This document shows positions 15,001 to 30,510 of a stretch of DNA of 64,000 bases, piece after piece. Under the pieces are notes generated by a model. That model saw only the letters and a program-made list of their open reading frames with translations. It did not search any database and had not been told where the DNA came from. Source of the DNA: Eledone cirrhosa. Taxonomy: Eukaryota. Where the stretch lies: positions 22,444,001 to 22,508,000 of the forward strand of contig OZ024740.1 of NCBI GenBank assembly GCA_964016885.1, read 5' to 3'. Position 1 is the stretch's first letter; every line of letters begins with the position of its first letter. Position numbers and translations under genes: made by a program.

Positions 15001-18000
15001 TCCTTGTCACCTCCACTTAAACACTTTTGACTGAACTGTCTTATCCTTGTCACCTCTACTTAAACACTTTTGACTAAACTGTCTTAACGTTGTCACCTCC
15101 ACTTAAACACTTTTGACTAAACTGTCTTATCCTTGTCACCTCCACTTAAACACTTTTGACTAAACTGTCTTATCCTTGTCACCTCCACTTAAACACTTTT
15201 GACTAAACTGTCTTAACGTTGTCACCTCCATTTAAACACTTTTGACTAAACTGTCTTATCCTTGTCACCTCCACTTAAACACGTTTGACTAAACTTTCCT
15301 ATCCTTGTCACCTCCACTTAAACACTTTTGACCGAACTGTCTTATCCGTGTCACCTCCACTTAAACACTTTTGACTAAACTGTCTTATCCTTGTCACCTC
15401 CACTTAAACACTTTTGACTAAACTGTCTTATCCTTGTCACCTCCACTTAAACACTTTTGACTGAACTGTCTTATCCTTGTCACCTCCAATTAAACACTTT
15501 TGACTAAACTGTCTTAACGTTGTCACCTCCACTTAAACACTTTTGACTAAACTATCTTATCCTTGTCACCTCCACTTAAACACGTTTGACTAAACTTTCC
15601 TATCCTTGTCACCTCCACTTAAACACTTTTGACTGAAATGTCTTTTCCTTGTCACCTCCACTTAAACACGTTTGACTAAACTGTCTTATCCTTGTCACCT
15701 CCACTTAATCACTTTTGACTGAACTGCCTTATCCTTGACACCTCCACTTAAACACTTTTTACTGAACTGTCTTATCCTTGTCACCTACACTTAAACACTT
15801 TGGACGAAACTGTCTTATCCTTGTCACGTCCACTTAAACACTTTTGAGTGAACTGTCTTATCCTTGTCACCTCCACTTAAACGCTTTTGACTGAAATGTC
15901 TTATCGTTGTAACATCCACTTAAACACTTTTGAATAAACTGACTTATCCTTGTCACCTCCACTTAAACACTTCTGACTGAACTGTCTTATCGTTGTCACC
16001 TCCACTTAATCACTTTTGACTGAACTGTCTTATCCTTGACACCTCCACTTAAACACTTTTTACTGAACTGTCTTATCCTTGTCACCTACACTTAAACACT
16101 TTGGACGAAACTGTCTTATCCTTGTCAGGTCCACTTAAACACTTTTGAGTGAACTGTCTTATCCTTGTTACCTCCACTTAAACGCTTTTGACTGAACTGT
16201 CTTATCCTTGTCAACTCCATTTAAACACTTTTGACTGAACTGTCTTATAGTTGTCACCTCCACTTAAACACTTTTGACTAAACTGTCTTATCCTTGTCAA
16301 CTCCACTTAAACGCTTTTGACTGAACTGTCTTATCCTTGTCAACTCCATTTAAACACTTTTGACTGAACTGTCTTATCGTTGTCACCTCCACTTAAACAC
16401 TTTTGACTAAACTGTCTTATCCTTGTCAACTCCACTTAAACACTTTTGACTGAATTTTCTTATCGTTGTCACTTCCACTTAAACACTTTTGACTGAACTG
16501 TTTTATCCTTGTCACCTCCACTGAAACACTTTTGACTGAATTGTCTTATCGCTGTCCCATCCACTTAAACACTTTTGACTAAACTGGCTTATCCTTGTCA
16601 ACTCCAATTAAACACTTTTGACTGAACTGTCTTATCGTTGTCACCTCCACTTAAACACTTTTGACTAAACTGTCTTATCCTTATCACCTCCACTTAAACA
16701 CTTTTGACCGAACTGTCTTATCCATGTCACCTCCACTTAAACACATTTGACTGAACTGTCTCATCGTTGCCACCTCCACCATAAACACTTTTGACTAAAC
16801 TGTCTTATCCTTGTCACCTCCACTTAATCACTTTTGACTGAACTGTCTTATCGTTGTCCCATCCACTTAAACACTTTTGACTAAACTGTCTTATCCTTGT
16901 CAACTCCACTTAAACACTTTTGACTAAACTGTCTTATCCTTGTCAACTCCAATTAAACACTTTTGACTAAACTGTCTTATCCTTGTCACCTCCACTTAAA
17001 CACTTTTGACTAAACTGTCTTATCCTTGTCAACTCCACTTAAACACTTTTGACTGAACTGTCTTATCGTTGTCACCTCCACTTAAACACTTTTGACTAAA
17101 CTCTCTTATCCTTGTCAACTCCACTTAAACACTTTTGACTGAACTCTCTTATCGTTGTCACCTACACTTAAAAAACTTTTGACTGAACTGTCTTATCGTT
17201 GTCACCTCCACTTAAACACTTTTGACTAAACTGTCTTATCCTTGTCACCTCCACTTAATCACTTTTGACTGAACTGTCTTATCCTTGACACCTCCACTTA
17301 AACACTTTTTACTGAACTGTCTTATCCTTATCACCTACACTTAAACACTGTGGACGAAACTGTCGTATCCTTGTCACGTCCACTTAAACACTTTTGAGTG
17401 AACTGTCTTATCCTTGTCACGTCCACTTAAACGCTTTTGACTGAAATGTCTTATCGTTGTAACATCCACTTAAACACTTTTGAATAAACTGCCTTATCCT
17501 TGTCACCTCCACTTAAACACTTCTGTCTGAACTGTCTTATCGTTGTCACCTCCACTTAATCACTTTTGACTGAACTGTCTTATCCTTGACACCTCCACTT
17601 AAACACTTTTTACTGAACTGTCTTATCCTTGTCACCTACACTTAAACACTTTGGACGAAACTGTCTTATCCTTGTCACGACACTTAAACACTTTTGAGTG
17701 AACTGTCTTATCCTTGTCACCTCCACTTAAACGCTTTTGACTGAACTGTCTTATCCTTGTCAACTCCATTTAAACACTTTTGACTGAACTGTCTTATCGT
17801 TGTCACCTCCACTTAAAGACTTTTTACTAAACTGTCTTATCCTTGTCAACTCCACTTAAAAACTTTTGACTGAATTTTCTTATCGTTGTCACTTCCACAT
17901 AAACACTTTTGACTGAACTGTTTTATTCTTGTCACCTCCACTTAAACACTTTTGACTGAATTGTCTTATCGCTGTCCCATCCACTTAAACACTTTTGACT

Positions 18001-21000
18001 AAACTGGCTTATCCTTGTCAACTCCAATTAAACACTTTTGACTGAACTGTCTGATCGTTGTCACCTCCACTTAAACACTTTTGACCGAACTGTCTTATCC
18101 GTGTCACCTCCAATTAAACACATTTGACTGAACTGTCTCATCGTTGCCACCTCCACTTAAACACTTTTGACTAAACTGTCTTATCCTTGTCACCTCCACT
18201 TAATCACTTTTGACTGAACTGTCTTATCGTTATCCCATCCACTTAAACACTTTTGACTAAACTGTCTTATCCTTGTCAACTCCACTTAAACACTTTTGAC
18301 TAAACTGTCTTATCCTTGTCAACTCCAATTAAACACTTTTGACTAAACTGTCTTATCCTTGTCACATCCACTTAAACACTTTTGACTCAACTGTCTTATC
18401 CTTGTCAACTCCGCATAAACACTTTTGACTAAACTCTCTTATCCTTGTCAACTCCACTTAAACACTTTTGACTGAACTGTCTTATCGTTGTCACCTCCAC
18501 TTAAACACGTTTGACTAAACTTTCCTATCCTTGTCACCTCCACTTAAACACTTTTGACCGAACTGTCTTATCCGTGTCACCTCCACTTAAACACTTTTGA
18601 CTAAACTGTCTTATCCTTGTCACCTCCACTTAAACACTTTTGACTAAACTGTCTCATCTTTGTCACCTACACTTAAACACTTTGGACTAAACTGTCTTAT
18701 CCTAGTCAACTCCAATTAAACACTTTTGACTGAAATATCTTATCGTTGTAACATCCACTTAAACACTTTTGACTAAACAGTATTATCCTCGTCATTTCCA
18801 CTTAAACACTTTTGACTGAACTATCTTATCGTTGTCACCTCCACTTAAACACTTTTGACTAAACTGTCTTATCCTTGTCAACTCCACTTAAACACTTTTG
18901 ACTGAACTGTCTTATCGTTGTCACCTCCACTTAAACACTTTTGAATGAACTGTTTTATCCTTGTCACCTCCACTTAAACACTTTTGACTGAATTGTCTTA
19001 TCGCTGTCCCATCCACTTAATCACTTTTGACTGAACTGTCTTATCCTTGTCACCTCCACTTAAACACTTTTGACTGAACTGTCTTATCCTTGTCACCTCC
19101 ACTTAAACACTTTTGACTGAACTGTCTTATCGTTGTCACCTCCACTTAAACACTTTGGACTAAACTGTCTTATCCTTGTCACGTCCACCTAAACACTTTT
19201 GACTAAACTGGCTTATCCTTATCATCTCCACTTAAACACTTTTGACCGAACTGTCTTATCCGTGTCACCTCCACTTAAACACTTTTGACTAAACTGTCTT
19301 ATCCTTGTCACCTCCACTTAAACACTTTTGACTAAACTGTCTTATCCTTGTCACCTCCACTTAAACACTTTTGACTGAACTGTCTTATCCTTGTCACCTC
19401 CACTTAAACACTTTTGACTAAACTGTCTTAAAGTTGCCACCTCCATTTAAACACTTTTGACTAAACTGTCTTATCCTTGTCACCTCCACTTAAACACGTT
19501 TGACTAAACTTTCCTATCCTTGTCACCTCCACTTAAACACTTTTGACCGAACTGTCTTATCCGTGTCACCTCCACTTAAACACTTTTGACTAAACTGTCT
19601 TATCCTTGTCACCTCCACTTAAACACTTTTGACGAAACTGTCTTATCCTTGTCACCTCCACTTAAACACTTTTGAGTGAACTGTCTTATCCTTGTTACCT
19701 CCACTTAAACGCTTTTGACTGAACTGTCTTATCCTTGTCAACTCCATTTAAACACTTTTGACTGAACTGTCTTATAGTTGTCACCTCCACTTAAACACTT
19801 TTGACTAAACTGTCTTATCCTTGTCAACTCCACTTAAACGCTTTTGACTGAACTGTCTTATCCTTGTCAACTCCATTTAAACACTTTTGACTGAACTGTC
19901 TTATCGTTGTCACCTCCACTTAAACACTTTTGACTAAACTGTCTTATCCTTGTCAACTCCACTTAAACACTTTTGACTGAATTTTCTCATCGTTGTCACT
20001 TCCACTTAAACACTTTTGACTGAACTGTTTTATCCTTGTCACCTCCACTTAAACACTTTTGACTGAATTGTCTTATCGCTGTCCCATCCACTTAAACACT
20101 TTTGACTAAACTGGCTTATCCTTGTCAACTCCAATTAAACACTTTTGACTGAACTGTCTTATCGTTGTCACCTCCACTTAAACACTTTTGACTAAACTGT
20201 CTTATCCTTATCACCTCCACTTAAACACTTTTGACCGAACTGTCTTATCCATGTCACCTCCACTTAAACACATTTGACTGAACTGTCTCATCGTTGCCAC
20301 CTCCACCATAAACACTTTTGACTAAACTGTCTTATCCTTGTCACCTCCACTTAATCACTTTTGACTGAACTGTCTTATCGTTGTCCCATCCACTTAAACA
20401 CTTTTGACTAAACTGTCTTATCCTTGTCAACTCCACTTAAACACTTTTGACTAAACTGTCTTATCCTTGTCAACTCCAATTAAACACTTTTGACTAAACT
20501 GTCTTATCCTTGTCACCTCCACTTAAACACTTTTGACTGAACTGTCTTATCGTTGTCACCTCCACTTAAACACTTTTGACTAAACTCTCTTATCCTTGTC
20601 AACTCCACTTAAACACTTTTGACTGAACTCTCTTATCGTTGTCACCTCCACTTAAAAAACTTTTGACTGAACTGTCTTATCGTTGTCACCTCCACTTAAA
20701 CACTTTTGACTAAACTGTCTTATCCTTGTCACCTCCACTTAATCACTTTTGACTGAACTGTCTTATCCTTGACACCTCCACTTAAACACTTTTTACTGAA
20801 CTGTCTTATCCTTATCACCTACACTTAAACACTGTGGACGAAACTGTCGTATCCTTGTCACGTCCACTTAAACACTTTTGAGTGAACTGTCTTATCCTTG
20901 TCACGTCCACTTAAACGCTTTTGACTGAAATGTCTTATCGTTGTAACATCCACTTAAACACTTTTGAATAAACTGCCTTATCCTTGTCACCTCCACTTAA

Positions 21001-24000
21001 ACACTTCTGTCTGAACTGTCTTATCGTTGTCACCTCCACTTAATCACTTTTGACTGAACTGTCTTATCCTTGACACCTCCACTTAAACACTTTTTACTGA
21101 ACTGTCTTATCCTTGTCACCTACACTTAAACACTTTGGACGAAACTGTCTTATCCTTGTCACGACACTTAAACACTTTTGAGTGAACTGTCTTATCCTTG
21201 TCACCTCCACTTAAACGCTTTTGACTGAACTGTCTTATCCTTGTCAACTCCATTTAAACACTTTTGACTGAACTGTCTTATCGTTGTCACCTCCACTTAA
21301 AGACTTTTCACTAAACTGTCTTATCCTTGTCAACTCCACTTAAAAACTTTTGACTGAATTTTCTTATCGTTGTCACTTCCACATAAACACTTTTGACTGA
21401 ACTGTTTTATTCTTGTCACCTCCACTTAAACACTTTTGACTGAATTGTCTTATCGCTGTCCCATCCACTTAAACACTTTTGACTAAACTGGCTTATCCTT
21501 GTCAACTCCAATTAAACACTTTTGACTGAACTGTCTGATCGTTGTCACCTCCACTTAAACACTTTTGACCGAACTGTCTTATCCGTGTCACCTCCAATTA
21601 AACACATTTGACTGAACTGTCTCATCGTTGCCACCTCCACTTAAACACTTTTGACTAAACTGTCTTATCCTTGTCACCTCCACTTAATCACTTTTGACTG
21701 AACTGTCTTATCGTTATCCCATCCACTTAAACACTTTTGACTAAACTGTCTTATCCTTGTCAACTCCACTTAAACACTTTTGACTAAACTGTCTTATCCT
21801 TGTCAACTCCAATTAAACACTTTTGACTAAACTGTCTTATCCTTGTCACATCCACTTAAACACTTTTGACTCAACTGTCTTATCCTTGTCAACTCCGCAT
21901 AAACACTTTTGACTAAACTCTCTTATCCTTGTCAACTCCACTTAAACACTTTTGACTGAACTGTCTTATCGTTGTCACCTCCACTTAAACACGTTTGACT
22001 AAACTTTCCTATCCTTGTCACCTCCACTTAAACACTTTTGACCGAACTGTCTTATCCGTGTCACCTCCACTTAAACACTTTTGACTAAACTGTCTTATCC
22101 TTGTCACCTCCACTTAAACACTTTTGACTAAACTGTCTCATCTTTGTCACCTACACTTAAACACTTTGGACTAAACTGTCTTATCCTAGTCAACTCCAAT
22201 TAAACACTTTTGACTGAAATATCTTATCGTTGTAACATCCACTTAAACACTTTTGACTAAACTGTATTATCCTCGTCATTTCCACTTAAACACTTTTGAC
22301 TGAACTGTCTTATCGTTGTCACCTCCACTTAAACACTTTTGAATGAACTGTTTTATCCTTGTCACCTCCACTTAAACACTTTTGACTGAATTGTCTTATC
22401 GCTGTCCCATCCACTTAATCACTTTTGACTGAACTGTCTTATCCTTGTCACCTCCACTTAAACACTTTTGACTGAACTGTCTTATCCTTGTCACCTCCAC
22501 TTAAACACTTTTGACTGAACTGTCTTATCGTTGTCACCTCCACTTAAACACTTTGGACTAAACTGTCTTATCCTTGTCACGTCCACCTAAACACTTTTGA
22601 CTAAACTGGCTTATCCTTATCATCTCCACTTAAACACTTTTGACCGAACTGTCTTATCCGTGTCACCTCCACTTAAACACTTTTGACTAAACTGTCTTAT
22701 CCTTGTCACCTCCACTTAAACACTTTTGACTAAACTGTCTTATCCTTGTCACCTCCACTTAAACACTTTTGACTGAACTGTCTTATCCTTGTCACCTCCA
22801 CTTAAACACTTTTGACTAAACTGTCTTAAAGTTGCCACCTCCATTTAAACACTTTTGACTAAACTGTCTTATCCTTGTCACCTCCACTTAAACACGTTTG
22901 ACTAAACTTTCCTATCCTTGTCACCTCCACTTAAACACTTTTGACCGAACTGTCTTATCCGTGTCACCTCCACTTAAACACTTTTGACTAAACTGTCTTA
23001 TCCTTGTCACCTCCACTTAAACACTTTTGACTAAACTGTCTTATCCTTGTCACCTCCACTTAAACACTTTTGACTGAACTGTCTTATCCTTGTCACCTCC
23101 ACTTAAACACTTTTGACTAAACTGTCTTAACGTTGTCACCTCCACTTAAACACTTTTGACTAAACTGTCTTATCCTTGTCACCTCCACTTAAACACTTTT
23201 GACTAAACTGTCTTATCCTTGTCACCTCCACTTAAACACTTTTGACTAAACTGTCTTAACGTTGTCACCTCCATTTAAACACTTTTGACTAAACTGTCTT
23301 ATCCTTGTCACCTGCACTTAAACACGTTTGACTAAACTTTCCTATCCTTGTCACCTCCACTTAAAAACGTTTGACTAAATTGTCTTATCCTTGTCAACTC
23401 CACTTAAACACTTTTGACTGAACTGTCTTATCCTTGTCACCTCCAATTAAACACTTTTGACTGAACTGTCTTATCCTTGTCACCTCCACTTAAAAACTTT
23501 TGACTAAACTGTCTTATCCTTGTCACCTCCACTAAAACACGTTTGACTAAACTGTCTTATCCTTGTCACCTCCACTTAAACACGTTTGACTAAACTGTCT
23601 TATCCTTGTCACGTCCACTTAAACACGTTTGACTGAACTGTCTTATCCTTGTCACCTCCCTTAAATACTTTTGACTAAACTGTCTTATCCTTGTCACTTC
23701 CAGGTAAACACTTTTGACTAAACTGTCTTATCCTTGTCACCTTCACTTAAACAATTTTGACTAAACTGTTTTATCCTTGTCACCTCCACTTAAACACGTT
23801 TGACTGATCTGTCTTATCCTTGTCACCTCCACTTAAACACTTTTGACTGAACTGTCTTATCATTGTCACCTCCACTTATACACTTTTGACTGAACTGTCT
23901 TATCCATGTCACCTCCACTTAAACACTTTTGACTGAACTGTCTCATCGTTGTCACCTACACTTAAGCACTTTGGACTAAACTGTCTTAACGTTGTCAACT

Positions 24001-27000
24001 CCACTTAAACACTTTTGACTGAACTGTCTTATCCTTGTCACCTCCACTTAAACACTTTTGACTGAAATGTCTTATCGTTGTAACATCCACTTAAACACTT
24101 TTGACTGGACTGTCTTATCCTTGTCATTTCCACTTAAACACTTTTGACTGAACTGTCTTATCGTTGTCACCTCCACTTAAACACTTTTGACTAAACTGTC
24201 TTATCCTTGTCAACTCCACTTAAACACTTTTGACTAAACTGGCTTATCCTTATCATCTCCACTTAAACACTTTTGACCGAACTGTCTTATCCTTGACACC
24301 TCCACTTAAACACTTTTTACTGAACTGTCTTATCCTTGTCACCTACACTTAAACACTTTGGACGAAACTGTCTTATCCTTGTCACGTCCATTTACACACT
24401 TTTGAGTGAACTGTTCTATCCTTGTCACCTCCACTTAAACACTTTTGACTGAACTGTTTTATCCTTGTCACCTCCACTTAAACACTTTTGACTGAATTGT
24501 CTTATCGCTGTCCCATCCACTTAAACACTTTTGACTAAACTGGCTTATCCTTGTCAACTCCAATTAAACACTTTTGACTGAACTGTCTTATCGTTGTCAC
24601 CTCCACTTAAACACTTTTGACTAAACTGTCTTATCCTTATCACCTCCACTTAAACACTTTTGACCGAACTGTCTTATCCGTGTCACCTCCACTTAAACAC
24701 TTTTGACTGAACTGTCTTATCCTTGTCACCGCCACTTAAACACTTTTGACTGAACTGTCTTATCCATGTCACCTCCACTTAAACACTTTTGACTGAACTG
24801 TCTTATCGTTGTCACCTCCACTTAAACACTTTTGACTAAACTGTCTTATCTTTGTCACCTCCACTTAAACACTTTTGACTAAACTGTCTTATCGTTGTCA
24901 CCTCCACTTAAACACTTTTGACTAAACTGTCTTATCTTTGTCACCTCCACTTAAACACTTTTGACTAAACTGTCTTATCGTTGTCACCTCCACTTAAACA
25001 CGTTTGACTAAACTGTCTTATCATTGTCACCTCCACTTAATCACTTTTGACTGAACTGTCTTATCGTTGTCACCTCCACTTAAAAACGTTTGACTAAATT
25101 GTCTTATCCTTGTCAACTCCACTTAAACACTTTTGACTGAACTGTCTTATCCTTGTCACCTCCAATTAAACACTTTTGACTGAACTGTCTTATCCTTGTC
25201 ACCTCCATTTAAAAACTTTTGACTAAACTGTCTTATCCTTGTCACCTACACTAAAACACGTTTGACTAAACTGTCTTATACTTGTCACCTCCACTTAAAC
25301 ACGTTTGACTAAACTGTCTTATCCTTGTCACGTCCACTTAAACACGTTTGACTGAACTGTCTTATCCTTGTCACCTCCCTTAAATACTTTTGACTAAACT
25401 GTCTTATCCTTGTCACTTCCAGGTAAACACTTTTGACTAAACTGTCTTATCCTTGTCACCTTCACTTAAACAATTTTGACTAAACTGTTTTATCCTTGTC
25501 ACCTCCACTTAAACACGTTTGACTGATCTGCCTTATCCTTGTCACCTCCACTTAAACACTTTTGACTGAACTGTCTTATCATTGTCACCTCCACTTATAC
25601 ACTTTTGACTGAACTGTCTTATCCATGTCACCTCCACTTAAACACTTTTGACTGAACTGTCTCATCGTTGTCACCTACACTTAAGCACTTTGGACTAAAC
25701 TGTCTTAACGTTGTCAACTCCACTTAAACACTTTTGACTGAACTGTCTTATCCTTGTCACCTCCACTTAAACACTTTTGACTGAAATGTCTTATCGTTGT
25801 AACATCCACTTAAACACTTTTGACTGGACTGTCTTATCCTTGTCATTTCCACTTAAACACTTTTGACTGAACTGTCTTATCGTTGTCACCTCCACTTAAA
25901 CACTTTTGACTAAACTGTCTTATCCTTGTCAACTCCACTTAAACACTTTTGACTAAACTGGCTTATCCTTATCATCTCCACTTAAACACTTTTGACCGAA
26001 CTGTCTTATCCGTGTCACCTCCACTTAAACACTTTTGACTAAACTGTCTTATCCTTGTCACCTCCACTTAAACACTTTTGAATAAACTGCCTTATCCTTG
26101 TCACCTCCACTTAAACACTTCTGACTGAACTGTCTTATCGTTGTCACCTCCACATAAACACTTTTGACTAAACTGTCTTATCCTTGTCAACTCCATTTAA
26201 ACACTTTTGACTGAACTGTCTTATCGTTGTCACCTCCACTTAAACACTTTTGACTAAACTGTCTTATCCTTGTCACCTCCACTTAAACACTTTTGACTGA
26301 ATTTTCTTATCGTTGTCACTTCCACTTAAACACTTTTGATTGAACTGTTTTATCCTTGTCACCTCCACTTAAACACTTTTGACTAAATTGTCTTATCGCT
26401 GTCCCATCCACTTAAACACTTTTGACTAAACTGGCTTATCCTTGTCAATTCCAATTAAACACTTTTGACTGAACTGTCTCATCGTTGCCACCTCCACTTA
26501 AACACTTTTGACTAAACTGTCTTATCCTTGTCACCTCCACTTAAACACTTTTGACTGAACTGTCTTATCCTTGTCACCTCCACTTTAACACGTTTGACTA
26601 AACTGTCTTACCTTTGTCACCTACACTTAAACACTTTTGACTAAACTGTCTTATCCTTGTCACCTCCACTTAAACACTTTTGACTGAACTGTCTTATCCT
26701 TGTTACCGCCACTTAAACACTTTTGACTGAACTGTCTTATCCGTGTCACCTCCACTTAAACACTTTTGACTGAACTGTCTTATCGTTGTCACCTCCACTT
26801 AAACACTTTTGACTAAACTGTCTTATGTTTGTCACCTCCACTTAAACACTTTTGACTAAACTGTCTTATCGTTGTCACCTCCACTTAAACACTTTTGACT
26901 AAACTGTCTTATCTTTGTCACCTCCACTTAAACACTTTTCACTAAACTGTCTTATCGTTGTCACCTCCACTTAAACACGTTTGACTAAACTGTCGTATCC

Positions 27001-29940
27001 TTGTCACCTCCACTTAATCACTTTTGACTGAACTGTCTTATCGTTGTCACCTCCACTTAAACACTTTTGACTAAATTGTCTTATCCTTGTCAACTCCAAT
27101 TAAACACTTTTGACTGAACTGTTTTATCCTTGTCACCTCCAATTAAACACTTTTGACTGAACTGTCTTATCCTTGTCACCTCCACTTAAACACTTTTGAC
27201 TAAACTGTCTTATCCTTGTCACCTCCACTTAAACACGTTTGACTAAACTGTCTTATCCTTGTCACTTCCACTTAAACACGTTTGACTGAACTGTCTTATC
27301 CTTGTCACCTCCCTTAAATACTTTTGACTAAACTGTCTTATCCTTGTCACTTCCAGGTAAACACTTTTGACTAAACTGTCTTATCCTTGTCACCTCCACT
27401 TAAACAATTTTGACTAAACTGTTTTATCCTTGTCACCTCCACTTAAACACTTTTGACTGATCTGTCTTATCCTTGTCACCTCCACTTAAACACTTTTGAC
27501 TGAACTGTCTTATCATTGTCACCTCCACTTATACACTTTTGACTGAACTGTCTTATCCATGTCACCTCCACTTAAACACTTTTGACTGAACTGTCTCATC
27601 GTTGTCACCTACACTTAAACACTTTCGACTAAACTGTCTTATCCTTGTCAACTCCACTTAAACACTTTTGACTGAAATATCTTATCGTTGTAACATCCAC
27701 TTAAACACTTTTGACTAAACTGTATTATCCTTGTCATTTCCACTTAAACACTTTTGACTGAACTATCTTATCGTTGTCACCTCCACTTAAACACTTTTGA
27801 CTAAACTGTCCTATCCTTGTCAACTCCACTTAAACACTTTTGACTGAACTGTCTTATCGTTGTCACCTCCACTTAAACACTTTTGACTGAACTGTTTTAT
27901 CCTTGTCACCTCCACTTAAACACTTTTGACTGAATTGTCTTATCGCTGTCCCATCCACTTAATCACTTTTGACTGAACTGTCTTATCCTTGTCACCTCCA
28001 CTTAAACACTTTTGACTGAACTGCCTTATCCTTGTCACCTCCACTTAAACACTTTTGACTGAACTGTCTTATCGTTGTCACCTCCACTTAAACACTTTGG
28101 ACTAAACTGTCTTATCCTTGTCACGTCCACTTAAACACTTTTGACTAAACTGGCTTATCCTTATCATCTCCACTTAAACACTTTTGACCGAACTGTCTTA
28201 TCCGTGTCACCTCCACTTAAACACTTTTGACTAAACTGTCTTATCCTTGTCACCTCCACTTAAACACTTTTGACTAAACTGTCTTATCCTTGTCACCTCC
28301 ACTTAAACACTTTTGACTGAACTGTCTTATCCTTGTCACCTCCACTTAAACACTTTTGACTAAACTGTCTTAACGTTGTCACCTCCATTTAAACACTTTT
28401 GACTAAACTGTCTTATCCTTGTCACCTCCACTTAAACACGTTTGACTAAACTTTCCTATCCTTGTCACCTCCACTTAAACACTTTTGACCGAACTGTCTT
28501 ATCCGTGTCACCTCCACTTAAACACTTTTGACTAAACTGTCTTATCCTTGTCACCTCCACTTAAACACTTTTGACTAAACTGTCTTATCCTTGTCACCTC
28601 CACTTAAACACTTTTGACTGAACTGTCTTATCCTTGTCACCTCCACTTAAACACTTTTGACTAAACTGTCTTAACGTTGTCACCTCCACTTAAACACTTT
28701 TGACTAAACTGTATTATCCTTGTCACCTCCACTTAAACACGTTTGACTAAACTTTCCTATCCTTGTCACCTCCACTTAAACACTTTTGACTGAAATGTCT
28801 TTTCCTTGTCACCTCCACTTAAACACGTTTGACTGAACTGTCTTATCCTTGTCATCTCCACTTAAACACTTTTGACTGAACTGTCTTATCGTTGTCACCT
28901 CCACTTAAACACTTTTGACTGAACTGTCTTATTCTTGTCACCTCCATTTAAACACTTTTGACTGGACTGTCTTATCCTTGTCACCTCCACTTAAACACTT
29001 TTGACTGGACTGTCTTATCCTTGTCACCTCCACTTAAACACTTTTGACTGAACTGTCTTATCCTTGTCACCTCCACTTAAACACTTTTGACTGAAATGTC
29101 TTTTCCTTGTCACCTCCACTTAAACACGTTTGACTGAACTGTCTTATCCTTGTCATCTCCACTTAAACACTTTTGACTGACTGTCTTATCGTTGTCACCT
29201 CCACTTAAACACTTTTGACTGAACTGTCTTATCGTTGTCACCTCCACTTAAACACTTTTGACTAAACTGTCTTATCCTTGTCACCTCCACTCAAACACTT
29301 TTGACTAAACTGTCTTATCCTTGTCATCTCCACTTAAACACTTTTGACTGAATTGTCTTATCGTTGTCACCTCCACGTAAACACTTTTGACTAAACTGTC
29401 TTATCTTTGTCACCTCCACTTAAACACTTTGTACTAAACTGTCTTATCGTTGTCACCTCCAATTAAACACTTTTGACTGAACTGTCTTATCCTTGTTACC
29501 TCCCTGAAACACTTTTGACTAAACTATCTTATCCTTGTCACCTCCACTTAAACACTTTTGTCTAAACTGTCTTATCCTTGTCACCTCCACTTAAACACTT
29601 TTGGCTGGACTGTCTTATCCTTGTCACCTCCACTTAAACACTTTTGACTGAACTGTCTTATTCTTGTCACCTCCATTTAAACACTTTTGACTGGACTGTC
29701 TTATCCTTGTCACCTCCACTTAAACACTTTTGACTGGACTGTCTTCTCCTTGTCACCTCCACTTAAACACTTTTGACTGAACTGTCTTATCCTTGTCACC
29801 TCCACTCAGATACACCTGACTCACTTATTTTATCCTTACCATCTCCACTCAAACACACCCGTGTCATTTGTCTTATCCTTGTCACCTCCACTCTAACACT
29901 CCCGACCAAGTTCTTCCATCCTTGCCACCTCCACCCAAAG
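1..29940. repeat. Satellite DNA, 43-bp monomer (consensus ACCTCCACTTAAACACTTTTGACT[A/G]AACTGTCTTATCCTTGTC), ~690 copies, extends beyond window start
   Basis: Monomer starts at 1, 44, 87 ... 302. Single orientation throughout, with few substitutions per monomer. Monomers degenerate from ~29800 to 29940. Confidence 0.98.
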
Positions 29941-29969
29941 AGATCAACAATTTGGTGGGAAGAGAAAGT

Positions 29970-30137
29970 CGATTAAACCGACCGCGACGAGTTACTGGTA
30001 CATTATTTTATTGACACTGTAAGGATGAAAGGCAAAGCTAACCTCTGCGGGATTTAAACTCAGAACTTAAAGGGACGTAACTCTATATCGCAAACTATTG
30101 TCCGAAGCTCTACTGATTCTGCTAATCTACCATCCTA
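29970..30137 (-). mobile_element. Diverged tRNA-derived SINE copy
   Basis: Reverse complement of the SINE at 37611-37798: gtaaggatgaaaggcaaagctaacctctgcgggatttaaactcag ... tgctaatctaccatcct. Confidence 0.85.
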
Positions 30138-30140
30138 GAT

Positions 30141-30251
30141 AATTATTGTTTCTATTTTTGGCACTAGGCCCGCAATTATCCCTGTGCATTACTGGTACTT
30201 TATTTTATCGACCCCCGTAAGGATGAAAGGCAAAGTTAACCTCGGCGGGAA
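30141..30251 (-). mobile_element. 5'-truncated SINE copy (core plus tail)
   Basis: aattattgtttctatttttggcactaggcc...ttatcgacccccgtaaggatgaaaggcaaagttaacctcggcggga matches the reverse complement of 37696-37803. Confidence 0.9.
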
Positions 30252-30510
30252 TAATAATAGATGATAATAATAATTTTTAACATAAGTTCTGTCGGGTCTC
30301 GAATAGTCTCGAATTAATTTTTCAGATTCTTAATCACCCCACCCCCCACACCTCACCCTTTACCCAACCCTGTCCCCGCTTATTAAATTTTGCTAATCTA
30401 TCTCAAGTGAAATTTTATTTTAAGTGGTAGCATTCTTGCGACTATTAATTTTCTTTAGACATTAAAAATATATTATACATGACAAACAAATTACATTACT
30501 AGAAATTTCA

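Noticed and set aside
1-29940. CRISPR array interpretation of the 43-bp periodicity (also the 26-bp array)
   Set aside because: There are no unique spacers: the whole unit repeats. There are no cas genes and the context is eukaryotic.
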